Positions 1-8,467 of a stretch of DNA of 44,148 nt are shown here, piece by piece; position 1 is the first letter of the stretch; each line of letters begins with the position of its first letter. A program made the translations under genes and the position numbers. Under the pieces are notes generated by a model, which was given only the letters and a program-made list of their open reading frames with translations, did not search any database and was not told the DNA's origin. This DNA comes from a virus (lineage: Duplodnaviria > Caudoviricetes), in IMG/VR virus record IMGVR_UViG_3300034658_000035, positions 1-44,148 of that record, one strand, 5' to 3'.

Positions 1-255
1 ATGGGTGAGAAAAAGGAAGAGATAAAAGACGTTCGCGGCACATTTGGCCTCCGGGCGTTCGCGTTCTGGCTTGGCTCGCTCTTTATTTTCGTGGCTGTCC
101 CGGCACTGCGCTTCTTCCTGCAGAGCGCTCTGGTGCCGTGGTGGGCCGCTGGCATGTGGGTATGGGCGGCGTCCATGTCCCTTGTCGGTGTTCTGGTTGG
201 AATAATCCTGATCGGAATGTCGTTCTTCGCGTGGCATGGCGGTGACGATGACTGA
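1..255 (+). CDS. Small membrane protein
   Basis: 84 aa with two hydrophobic segments; overlaps the next start. Confidence 0.6.
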   Translation: MGEKKEEIKDVRGTFGLRAFAFWLGSLFIFVAVPALRFFLQSALVPWWAAGMWVWAASMSLVGVLVGIILIGMSFFAWHGGDDD

Positions 256-673
256 CCGCGCTCCCCTCCCCGTAGAGACGAGAGTTGAGTTCAGGGCAGC
301 AGTTAAGAGGGCTGTTCGGGAACGTTCGGGCGGGGTGTGCGAGAGCCACCTGATCCCGCGTCACATGTACGGCCTGCCAGAGCAGTGCGCCAATGCCGGG
401 GCCGATTTCGATCATATCACACCATGCGCGGCAGGGGGAGATAATACCGAAGGGAACTGCGCGTTTCTCTGCAAGCCCTGTCACAAATTCAAGACCCTGG
501 TGGACAACGCAATGGCGAAGAAAGCCAACCGCCGACAGGGCAAGACAGGCCAGCAGGCCCGGCGCAAGCGGAACGGGTCGCAGATCCAGTCAGGCGGCTT
601 CCGAAAGCCCCCGAAGGGATACGTCTCACCGCTGAACAGAAATCACCCAAGCTACAGGAAAGGATGGAAGTAA
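248..673 (+). CDS. HNH endonuclease
   Basis: CE...C...DFDHITPCAAGGDNTEGNCAFLCKPCHKFKT motif. ATG at 248 is preferred over 236. Confidence 0.88.
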   Translation: MTDRAPLPVETRVEFRAAVKRAVRERSGGVCESHLIPRHMYGLPEQCANAGADFDHITPCAAGGDNTEGNCAFLCKPCHKFKTLVDNAMAKKANRRQGKTGQQARRKRNGSQIQSGGFRKPPKGYVSPLNRNHPSYRKGWK

Positions 674-861
674 TGGAGCCGATCACAATCACTCTGGGAT
701 GGTGGATCATCCCGACGCTTATCACAATTGTTGCGGTAGGTCTGGCCTTTTGGCCACGAGAAAGCGGTGGCGGGTATCCTGATTTTGGGGCTGCCTTCCT
801 GATGCTCCTTGCCATTATCGCCGCCTTGGTGGCGTGGGTGATCTATCTCGCGCTCACCTAA
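673..861 (+). CDS. Small 2-TM membrane protein
   Basis: WWIIPTLITIVAVGLAFW and FLMLLAIIAALVAWVIYLAL segments; TAATG coupling to the HNH gene. Confidence 0.7.
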   Translation: MEPITITLGWWIIPTLITIVAVGLAFWPRESGGGYPDFGAAFLMLLAIIAALVAWVIYLALT

Positions 862-925
862 CCCGCTCTAACTGGCCCCCGAAGGGAAGCCGGAAGATTC
901 AATCAAGACCTATGAGGAGAGAGAA

Positions 926-1192
926 ATGAAATCGTCACAGTTATCAGCCGTTCTAGCGATGTCAGCTATAGGCTTCGGAGGCATGCCTTTGCGCAGAATA
1001 GATGGCGACGAGTGGGAGAGCGATTGCGTTGATCCGGAGACCGAGCGCTATGTCGCCGTCGATGTTGGCCTGACGCCCGCCACATCGGTAACAGCCGAGG
1101 ATCAACAGAGGATGCGCGCGGCTCAGGAGAAGCGCAACCGTAAAAACGCCAAGCGCCTGAGGGACCTCTCCCGCACTATACGGGGGGAGTGA
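926..1192 (+). CDS. Hypothetical phage protein
   Basis: GAGGAG RBS; basic C-terminus (AAQEKRNRKNAKR). Confidence 0.6.
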   Translation: MKSSQLSAVLAMSAIGFGGMPLRRIDGDEWESDCVDPETERYVAVDVGLTPATSVTAEDQQRMRAAQEKRNRKNAKRLRDLSRTIRGE

Positions 1193-1280
1193 AGCTGCGG
1201 CCCCCGGAACCCTGTTCCACACCGCTTCGGGTGCTGGTGTCGCGGACACCTCGGGTCAATTCCGGCGCTTGCCGCAGCCC
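1192..1280 (-). ncRNA. Candidate structured small RNA
   Basis: Closing stem GGGCUGCGGC/GCCGCAGCUU, inner CCGGAA/UUCCGG, two hairpins. Upstream TTGAAT-16-TAGGTT on the minus strand (1312-1285). Confidence 0.5.
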
Positions 1281-1364
1281 GCCCAACCTACCACAATCCC
1301 CCGCAGATTCAAGGAATTATCTCGCAACAGTAGACGGAATATGATAGGATAGAGAGAGGAGAAA

Positions 1365-1613
1365 ATGATGGGCGAAGTTGTAAGAATCCACCAAAAGAAG
1401 ACCGAGCTTCGAGCGCTTGTTTGCCCGTACACCGATGGCAGTGGTGCGGAAATCGAGATCGAAGCAACCGTGTATGAGGATGGCGAAGTGGCCTTCGAAA
1501 TGGAGTCGATTGGCAAGCATGACCGCCGGGTGCTGCACGAGCTGGTCACAACACTGACGGCGCTGATATTCAAGATTGATGAGATCGCCCCCACCAAGGA
1601 GCCCACCCAATGA
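1365..1613 (+). CDS. Hypothetical protein
   Basis: GAGGAG RBS; ATGA overlap with the next gene. Confidence 0.65.
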   Translation: MMGEVVRIHQKKTELRALVCPYTDGSGAEIEIEATVYEDGEVAFEMESIGKHDRRVLHELVTTLTALIFKIDEIAPTKEPTQ

Positions 1614-1918
1614 CAGGACTGGAAGAGAGAGTGGCGGATCAGTTGAATGAGAAGGCACTGGATGCCGCCGCAGATGTCGCGTACACGCATCACGAGCTTT
1701 GGGCGCGCACGAGCGGCAGCCCGACAGACCTAGCCATTCGGTCAATCATCTCCGCCTACCTATCCGCCCTTGAATCCCAAGGGCTGAAGATCGTGCCGGT
1801 GGAGCCGACTGAAGACATGTTACATGCAATGGGTCAGGCGGCAAACTTTCACATGCCAGCCGACGCCAATCGTGCAATCGTCTACGCCGCAATGCTCAAT
1901 GCTGTACAGGAGGGGTGA
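1610..1918 (+). CDS. Hypothetical phage protein
   Basis: IVPVEPTEDMLHA...YAAMLNA motif, common in phage early proteins; coupled start. Confidence 0.7.
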   Translation: MTGLEERVADQLNEKALDAAADVAYTHHELWARTSGSPTDLAIRSIISAYLSALESQGLKIVPVEPTEDMLHAMGQAANFHMPADANRAIVYAAMLNAVQEG

Positions 1919-2098
1919 ATGGACCAAGACCTCGAAAAGCTCGTGGTAACATGGGTAAGGCAAAGCGGCAAAATCGAGATGCGCACGGAATGGCTTCGCT
2001 CCTACCGCCTTAGACGGCAGATAGAGAAAGCTGTTCGGGAAACGCTCGGCTCACCCCCTAAAGCAGACCAACAACCCTTACAGGTGAAACATGACTGA
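1919..2098 (+). CDS. Hypothetical protein (59 aa, not in ORF track)
   Basis: MDQDLEKLVVTWVRQ...; GGAGG RBS; abuts the previous stop. Confidence 0.5.
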   Translation: MDQDLEKLVVTWVRQSGKIEMRTEWLRSYRLRRQIEKAVRETLGSPPKADQQPLQVKHD

Positions 2099-2228
2099 CT
2101 GGCTGATACTTCCGATCTGTGGCGGGCTGTGGCTCGTGGCGCTGTTCTTTCTGTCGCTCACGCCGAAGCCGACGCGCTTGACGCCCCGCGAGTATGTCGA
2201 GGACCTCAAGCGCTCGCTGCGGGGTTAG
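2091..2228 (+). CDS. Small single-TM protein (45 aa, not in ORF track)
   Basis: MTDWLILPICGGLWLVALFFLSL...; its stop overlaps the tailspike stop. Confidence 0.5.
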   Translation: MTDWLILPICGGLWLVALFFLSLTPKPTRLTPREYVEDLKRSLRG

Positions 2229-4357
2229 GCTGCCACATAGAAACCCTCGACCGAATACCGATAGCCATTCACCAGCGGACCCGTTCCATCGTATAGCTGG
2301 ATAAAGGCTGAAGATGCCGATGCGTTGATCGTGCCGACAAGCTGAGAGCCAGTCGAGGCCATTTCTCGCCCAAAGAATGTGGATTCAACACTTCCATTTG
2401 TAAACGGTAGTGAGAAATAAAACGGGTCGGCGGCCGAAAGCTTGTCATTCAGTGTCGCGTTAAGCCGGAAGTGCACCAGATTCCCGATGCGCCGATATTC
2501 AGCCATGTTCGCTGTTGCCGTCAGGGCGCCCGCCGCATTGCCCGTGAAGGTCGGCGTCCATGTGCGCCAGCCATTCAGCTGACCTTCCGTCCATCCGTTC
2601 GCATTGTTGTCGGACATCTGCATGTTGGCAGCCGAGGCGGTTGAGGTCAGCACAGTGCCCGTGCTGGTCCCTTTTGCGCTCAGCATCTGCACGCCAGTCA
2701 CATAGCCCGTTGCGCCCCCCAGGCTCAGGAACTCGTTGGAATATGTGACGCTGTTCGGGGCGCGTGTGATTTTCAGGCTATCAATACAGATGATCGGCGT
2801 CCCGGAGGTGACCTCGATCAGGTGCACATCTGCGGCGGTTTCGGCGTCCATGACGCAATCAAGCACAACCTCCGCGTCCCCGCTGATCTGCATGAGGCTG
2901 TTCGTGTTGACGACAGTTTGCGTCATATCCATGCTGAGCCGGACCATGCCGCCCGAAATGACGGCCCACACGCCGTCCGTCTGGCCAAGCGTGGCATAGC
3001 CGGAGATCGTGTGCCGGCCGCCTTCGACATACAGGCCGCCATAGTCGTCAAGGTCAATATCCGTGATCTGGCCCACGGTTGCGTTCGACTTGATCCGCAG
3101 GGCCTTCGGGTGCTGGAAGATGATGCCGCCCTTCCATTTCAGGTCATCAATCCGCCCAATCGTGACATCGTAATACGTGCCATCGGCGCGGTGTGCGATC
3201 TGGTTGGCGGTCATGTCATACACGCCGGAATCAATGTTTCGGAACCAGCCCGTATGCTGCCACCCGTCAATATCGATTGCGCCATTGAAGGCCGAGACCT
3301 CGACATTGCCGATATGTGTTCCGCCGCAATTCGTGGAGGAGGTGATACCCTTCACGGCGCGCTTGATCTTGACGTTCTCGATGCGGGAGCGGGCTGCGGT
3401 GATGACAATCGTGTCAGGGTAGGCCGTCAGGTCGCCGCGCGTGGCGGTATCGGCCTGTACGTGAAGGATCTGAAGGTCCTCGATCCAGCCGCCCGGTTCA
3501 GCGCCGCCTGTGTCGAGAATGGCCGTTGCTGACAGGTTGAAGTCACCATTGGCCCAGAGGATCGTAGCGCCATCCGTCACACCGGACAGGCGGTGGAACT
3601 GGTCAACCCGCACCTTGTCCTCAAGGAGGATGTTGCCTTCCGGCAGGCGGACCCAATAGCACGCATCGAGCGCAGCCTGAAGGGCAGCGGCATTGTCCGT
3701 GCCGGTGTCTGTGCCGGAGTCGTAATCCGCCAAGACCCCGAACCAGCGCGCATCTGCGCCGACAGTCTTGCTGTAATGACGCAGCCAGCGTCCCGTCCCC
3801 GCATCGGGCGCAAGGATTGTACCGCCATTTGCCGTGGCACTTGAGCCGCTGTCAAACCACCAATAGCCTTCAGCGCCATCCCCATCCGTGGCACGGGATT
3901 TCACGTAGACCACCATGTTGTCGAACCGGTCAGCGGCGGCAATGGCCGTCAGGGCTGCATAGGTGTCGCGGTGCAGGACGCGCGCGCGGAACGTGTCCGT
4001 GCCGGTGGCTTCGGCCACTTCGCCATCGTCAAAGTCCAGCGCGGCAAACGCCGTGAGCGAGGCATCCACAGGCTGGGCGCCAGCAATGTTGGAGGCAACC
4101 GTGCGCTCCTGATAGGTGATCGAATCATCCGCCGACTTGATCACGATATCATAGGGCAACTCGCTGGACAGGTAGGTGTTGAACCAGCCTGCGCTGTCCG
4201 CGATAACAGGATTTGAGGCCGGAACCGTCAGCCCGTCATCGGAGTAGGTCGTGCGCGGGGTCGTGGTCCCCGGCTGATAGAAATACACCTTGGCGCCTGA
4301 AACAGGGACACCATTGGCATTTTCTACCTGCCAGCCGTAAGGGATCGCGGTGGCCAT
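2225..4357 (-). CDS. Tailspike / receptor-binding protein (beta-helix depolymerase-like)
   Basis: N-terminal virion-binding domain (GAKVYFYQPGTTTP...NPVIADSAG), DNAAALQAALDA beta-helix cap, beta-rich body, C-terminal WTPTF...YRRIGNLVHF...SLPF fibre domain. Confidence 0.85.
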   Translation of the reverse strand: MATAIPYGWQVENANGVPVSGAKVYFYQPGTTTPRTTYSDDGLTVPASNPVIADSAGWFNTYLSSELPYDIVIKSADDSITYQERTVASNIAGAQPVDASLTAFAALDFDDGEVAEATGTDTFRARVLHRDTYAALTAIAAADRFDNMVVYVKSRATDGDGAEGYWWFDSGSSATANGGTILAPDAGTGRWLRHYSKTVGADARWFGVLADYDSGTDTGTDNAAALQAALDACYWVRLPEGNILLEDKVRVDQFHRLSGVTDGATILWANGDFNLSATAILDTGGAEPGGWIEDLQILHVQADTATRGDLTAYPDTIVITAARSRIENVKIKRAVKGITSSTNCGGTHIGNVEVSAFNGAIDIDGWQHTGWFRNIDSGVYDMTANQIAHRADGTYYDVTIGRIDDLKWKGGIIFQHPKALRIKSNATVGQITDIDLDDYGGLYVEGGRHTISGYATLGQTDGVWAVISGGMVRLSMDMTQTVVNTNSLMQISGDAEVVLDCVMDAETAADVHLIEVTSGTPIICIDSLKITRAPNSVTYSNEFLSLGGATGYVTGVQMLSAKGTSTGTVLTSTASAANMQMSDNNANGWTEGQLNGWRTWTPTFTGNAAGALTATANMAEYRRIGNLVHFRLNATLNDKLSAADPFYFSLPFTNGSVESTFFGREMASTGSQLVGTINASASSAFIQLYDGTGPLVNGYRYSVEGFYVAA

Positions 4358-4392
4358 GTGGTCACTCCATTGCTGTTAGTGGTTATTGAGGG

Positions 4393-4761
4393 TCAGGGGC
4401 AGTATTCACGCCGCTGTTCGTTTCGAGCGCGAACCTGTTCATCCTGAATGAAGATAGGGATCAGGCTTGGGTCTACGCAGTCCCCGCAGTCGAAGTAGAG
4501 TTCGTCAATGGGGCCGTCAGAGCAGATGATCATGCCTGCCCACGCATAGCTGTAGAGGCTCATCAATGTGTCGGGAACTTTGGATAAATGAAAGCCCGCC
4601 CACATGGCTACCACCAGGTAGAGCAAGCTTGCCGGCCGATCCAGAATCCGGTCGAACAGCGTCTCTCTCGGATAGCGCGGCTTGGGCCGTTTTGCCTTGA
4701 TCCGCTTGACGCGCTTTGCGTAGCGGAAATTAGGCTGCTCGTAGGGGATCAGGGTTGTCAC
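4393..4761 (-). CDS. Hypothetical membrane protein
   Basis: GTG start with GGAG RBS; basic N-terminus followed by one hydrophobic segment. Confidence 0.55.
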   Translation of the reverse strand: MTTLIPYEQPNFRYAKRVKRIKAKRPKPRYPRETLFDRILDRPASLLYLVVAMWAGFHLSKVPDTLMSLYSYAWAGMIICSDGPIDELYFDCGDCVDPSLIPIFIQDEQVRARNEQRREYCP

Positions 4762-4783
4762 GGGACTCCCAGTTTGGTAGATT
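4755..4783 (+). promoter_or_regulatory. Sigma70-type promoter of moron 4807-5118
   Basis: TTGTCA-17 nt-TAGATT. Confidence 0.6.
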
Positions 4784-4806
4784 TAACAAGGATTTGGAGG
4801 GACGGA

Positions 4807-5118
4807 ATGGGCAAGGTTTACGACGAAATCATGCGAGAACTTTACAGCATCCGGCGTGAGGTAAAGCGAAATACGGCCCACCTTTCCAAGGAACCGAAGC
4901 TCTCAGTCTGGTACGGGTACGAAGCCGAAATGGCGATCAAGCAAGACCCAGAGTTTTTCCGAGCCTTTGCGGATTGCTTCGTGAGTTCAGACGGGCACAA
5001 AGATCCAAGGCTGACGATGATGGGCTTCACATGGAAGCGAGACCCCGGACTTCCATACAAGGCTCTCACGGTTCACGTTGACGGAAAGCCATACACGACG
5101 CTCTCCATCGAACCCTAA
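4807..5118 (+). CDS. Hypothetical protein (antisense moron)
   Basis: GGAGG RBS before ATG 4807; fills the gap between two late genes in the opposite orientation. Confidence 0.7.
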   Translation: MGKVYDEIMRELYSIRREVKRNTAHLSKEPKLSVWYGYEAEMAIKQDPEFFRAFADCFVSSDGHKDPRLTMMGFTWKRDPGLPYKALTVHVDGKPYTTLSIEP

Positions 5119-5378
5119 CCACACACCTCCGCCCATGCAGCCACATCCCCTGCCATCTTCATCCGCGCTTCCAGTGGCGATCCATCGAATGCAACCCGGC
5201 TGATTTCTCCGGGACGGGTCGCTTCACACAGGGCCTTGGCTTTAAGCCGAACCGCCTGTTCCATTGCCTCAGTCGTCAGAGAAGAGGATGGCGGAGAGGT
5301 CGTCGCGCAGGCTGGTACTGTCAACGCTATCAGGGACATTGCTGCGAGCCTCGCGGGCGCTTTCAATCGTGTCTTCAT
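5115..5378 (-). CDS. o-spanin (Rz1-like lipoprotein)
   Basis: MKTRLKAPARLAAMSLIALTVPAC signal peptide and lipobox; starts inside the i-spanin gene in another frame. Confidence 0.8.
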   Translation of the reverse strand: MKTRLKAPARLAAMSLIALTVPACATTSPPSSSLTTEAMEQAVRLKAKALCEATRPGEISRVAFDGSPLEARMKMAGDVAAWAEVCG

Positions 5379-5586
5379 TGTCTTGCTCCATTTTCTTGAG
5401 GGTCTTGTTTGCGGCCTTGCGGGTGGCCTTCTCTGCGCGCTCCTTGGCCCGGCGAGCGCCACGCGCTTCGTCCGCCTCTTCCTTCCAGCGAAGGAGGAGA
5501 TACCCCACCCCGCACAACAGGATGATCTGAGCCACCTTGTTGTTCGAGACGAAGTTGAAGAGGGAGAAGAACGCGCCTTGGATCAT
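5269..5586 (-). CDS. i-spanin (Rz-like)
   Basis: N-terminal TM plus charged helical region; directly after the endolysin. Confidence 0.78.
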   Translation of the reverse strand: MIQGAFFSLFNFVSNNKVAQIILLCGVGYLLLRWKEEADEARGARRAKERAEKATRKAANKTLKKMEQDNEDTIESAREARSNVPDSVDSTSLRDDLSAILFSDD

Positions 5587-6596
5587 CCGAGCAGCGTGTC
5601 CGCATCATCGCGGCCTTTCTGCTCCTGCCATTTGCCATAGAAGTAGTAGATCACGGCAAACACGGTCAGGCCGCCAAACACGATACCAATCGTGCTGTAG
5701 GAGTAGGCGTTGACGAACTTCATGACTGGCTCCACGGCCCCGACCTGCTCAGCAATCATGCCGCTGACAGCAACGGTGCTGACGGTCTTGGCCACCTCCT
5801 GCTTGGCAAATCCCTTGCCGCGCTGTGAGTCCTTGACCTTCTTCACCTTCACTTCGGCCTTGGCCTCGTCATCCAGGTACTCGATGTGATCCACCGGGAT
5901 CGGACTCTTGGCAGTCTTGACGGCAACCTTCGCTTTGGCTTCACGCACGACAACTGCGCCAATCTCGCGGGCTTCGTCTTCGAGGTCTTCCAGCTGGCCC
6001 ATATTGAGGTCTTCGGTGGTGACGGGCGTGTCTTCCCAGCCTAGCGTTTCCATCACGCGCACCGGGTCGTCATTCCAGCCCAGATTGTCGCCCACGCGCC
6101 AATCCAGCTTGAAGAACATCAGGATTTCCATGATCCGACGCTGCCAGAGGCCAAGCACGGGCTGGCCATCATCAATGTAAGTGCCAGTCACCCATTCAAC
6201 CGCAATGTCCCGGCCGGGCTCACCGCGATTGATACGACCCCAAAGCCGCCAGCTGGAAACCTCGTCAGCCCCGAAATTGTAGATCACAGAGCCGATGGCA
6301 TCATATGCCTGCGGCCAGAGCGGGACGTGGATCAGGTTTTCGATAACGGGCTCGACCTCAAGCCGCACATAGCGGGTCATGCGGTCGGCATTTTCCTGCC
6401 GTGTGATCGTGTCGCCAAGCCGCACAGGTGTGCCGTCAGGGCGCTTGGTCAGGCCGGACCCGTAGGTGATCCTGCCTTTGACCAGATGCTCGTCACCCGG
6501 ATTGAGATCGAGGTGTGGTTGCTGGTCGTCGTAAGCTTTCTCCCGATAGCCTTCGTTATACAGCAGGAAGCTGATCAGTGCCGGTGTTGTTTTCAT
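5583..6596 (-). CDS. Endolysin (GH24 lysozyme-like) with C-terminal transmembrane extension
   Basis: NEGYREKAYDD...ITYGSG...GLWQRRIME lysozyme motifs; C-terminal IGIVFGGLTVFAVIYYFY. Confidence 0.85.
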   Translation of the reverse strand: MKTTPALISFLLYNEGYREKAYDDQQPHLDLNPGDEHLVKGRITYGSGLTKRPDGTPVRLGDTITRQENADRMTRYVRLEVEPVIENLIHVPLWPQAYDAIGSVIYNFGADEVSSWRLWGRINRGEPGRDIAVEWVTGTYIDDGQPVLGLWQRRIMEILMFFKLDWRVGDNLGWNDDPVRVMETLGWEDTPVTTEDLNMGQLEDLEDEAREIGAVVVREAKAKVAVKTAKSPIPVDHIEYLDDEAKAEVKVKKVKDSQRGKGFAKQEVAKTVSTVAVSGMIAEQVGAVEPVMKFVNAYSYSTIGIVFGGLTVFAVIYYFYGKWQEQKGRDDADTLLG

Positions 6597-6615
6597 CGGG
6601 TGGTCCCCCTATACT
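6587..6615 (+). promoter_or_regulatory. Sigma70-type promoter of the HNH moron
   Basis: TTGTTT-17 nt-TATACT; the in-frame ATG at 6622 sits at the expected +1. Confidence 0.6.
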
Positions 6616-7191
6616 ATGGACATGAAAATTTGCGGTGTTGACGGGTGCAATGGGAAGCACGAAGCAAAGGGATTTTGCGATCCCCACTATCGAAGATTTG
6701 CCAAATATGGAGATCCGCAGGCTGGTGATACCGCTCGCGGGGCGTGCTTGCGTGGATTTGAAGAAGTCCTAAAATTGAGCACTGACGATTGTGTTAAATG
6801 GCAGTTCGGGTTTTCAGATACAGGCTACCCAATAGTTTCTTTCAACAGGAAGAGTATGGGTGCGCACAGGGCTGTTTGTGAGCGCGTTCACGGTCTCGCC
6901 CCTAGTCCGCGACATCAGGCATCCCACAGTTGTGGAAACCGGTGGTGCGTAAATCCCCGTCATATCCGTTGGCTTACGCCCATTGCAAACGGTTACGAGA
7001 GATACCTTCACCAAAAAAACCCAAAGTCCTCCGCTACTTCCAGACTATCAATCTCGGAGGTCAGGGCGATTAAACGCCAACTTGCCGAGAACCACAAAAT
7101 CAAACCGCTTGCTCGGAAATTCGGCGTGTCTCCCAAGGCCATCAGAAAAATCCGAGACGGTGTTACGTGGTCGTGGGTGCAACTGGATTAG
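6616..7191 (+). CDS. HNH homing-type endonuclease (antisense to late operon)
   Basis: CGVDGC...CDPHYRR N-terminal Zn motif, AHRAVC...ASHSCGNRWCVNPRHIRW, C-terminal HTH (LARKFGVSPKAIRKIRDGVTW). Visibly more AT-rich than its flanks. Confidence 0.88.
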   Translation: MDMKICGVDGCNGKHEAKGFCDPHYRRFAKYGDPQAGDTARGACLRGFEEVLKLSTDDCVKWQFGFSDTGYPIVSFNRKSMGAHRAVCERVHGLAPSPRHQASHSCGNRWCVNPRHIRWLTPIANGYERYLHQKNPKSSATSRLSISEVRAIKRQLAENHKIKPLARKFGVSPKAIRKIRDGVTWSWVQLD

Positions 7192-8449
7192 CGTCGTCAT
7201 TGTCGTCCCCTTTCGATTTGTCGTGGCCATTGGTCATCTGCTCGTCGGGGGCGTACTCCCCTTCCCGCATGATGAAGTCGAAATCTTCCTGTGAGAGCAG
7301 GCCGCGCTTCTTGCGCAGGTGCAGGTGGCCTCTCAGCTCGTGTACGCTGGCAAGGCCGGGGAAATACGAGTTCCACATGCCTTCTGCGGTCGGGGCTTTC
7401 AGGCGGGTGTTCAGCGCCTTGCGGATGCGCTCTTCCCAATAGCCTTCGTCCTTGACCATCGGGACAACAGAATGATCGGGATCAACCGCTTTCTTGCGGG
7501 TCTCGTGACCCTTGATTGCGGCAGCCGAGCGCCGGGCCAGTTCCGCATCCCGCAAATGCATCGAGTAAATCCGCTCTGGCAGGAAGATCACGAGGCTTTC
7601 AGCGAGCAGCACCCACATGATGATGAACACGATAGCCGCGATGTAGATCTGATTGTCCGTCGGGTTCCAGGTGCGGTTCGAGAGCTGGGCAAGGCCGACA
7701 AAGAGCGGGTGCCAAGGCTGGGCAGCGGCTTCCGTCTCAATCGTCTCAGTGCGCGCCTGAGAGCCGTTCACGACCAGCTGCATGATCTGGTCATCAATCG
7801 CGCGCTTGTCCGCTGCTGCCTGATCCTGAAGCTCTGTGCGGCGGTCCCGCATCTGGGCCGTCAGTTCCTCATTCAGCTTGCCGTCATTGTCGAGATTGTA
7901 GATTTCGGCATTCAGGGGAATGAGCGCGGTTTCGAGGTCGCCGTCGATCTGGTCCTTGCGGTCTTCGAGGAAGGTCCGCTGGTCCGCAATGGACTGCTCT
8001 GCCACGCCTGAGACGTCGCGCATGGCGGTCGCTTGGTCACGGCGCTCTGACAGGGCCTCAAACCCGAACCCGAACGCATGCAGGCACACGATCACCGAGG
8101 CGAACGCGCCGAGCATTCCGAACGTCCAGCCGCCCTTGATGCCCTTGTGGGCGCATCGGGCAGAGGCCATCAGGAAGGATGCAGCGAACAGGCGGTAAGC
8201 CCAGCCCATAGCCTGAAACGAAAGCGGCTCGACCGAATCCGGCGCCAGCGAGCGGCTGAAGATGCCATCAATGTACAGCAGCACAAAGAAGGCGATCAGG
8301 ACAACCGCCCACAGGATCAGGTACAGCCAGGCCGTGGCGAACCATGATGCGAACTTCTGCGTCATCCATGTGACGCCATCCTTGACCCCATACGCATACC
8401 ATTCGGGATCGCGCCACCCGAGCGGGCGGTATTCCACATTATCTGTCAA
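7163..8449 (-). CDS. Multi-pass membrane protein with coiled coil, function unknown
   Basis: About three N-terminal TMs, an acidic coiled coil, a fourth TM and a soluble C-terminal domain. Confidence 0.75.
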   Translation of the reverse strand: MTDNVEYRPLGWRDPEWYAYGVKDGVTWMTQKFASWFATAWLYLILWAVVLIAFFVLLYIDGIFSRSLAPDSVEPLSFQAMGWAYRLFAASFLMASARCAHKGIKGGWTFGMLGAFASVIVCLHAFGFGFEALSERRDQATAMRDVSGVAEQSIADQRTFLEDRKDQIDGDLETALIPLNAEIYNLDNDGKLNEELTAQMRDRRTELQDQAAADKRAIDDQIMQLVVNGSQARTETIETEAAAQPWHPLFVGLAQLSNRTWNPTDNQIYIAAIVFIIMWVLLAESLVIFLPERIYSMHLRDAELARRSAAAIKGHETRKKAVDPDHSVVPMVKDEGYWEERIRKALNTRLKAPTAEGMWNSYFPGLASVHELRGHLHLRKKRGLLSQEDFDFIMREGEYAPDEQMTNGHDKSKGDDNDDANPVAPTTT

Positions 8450-8467
8450 TGTTCAGCCCCTTGCCGA

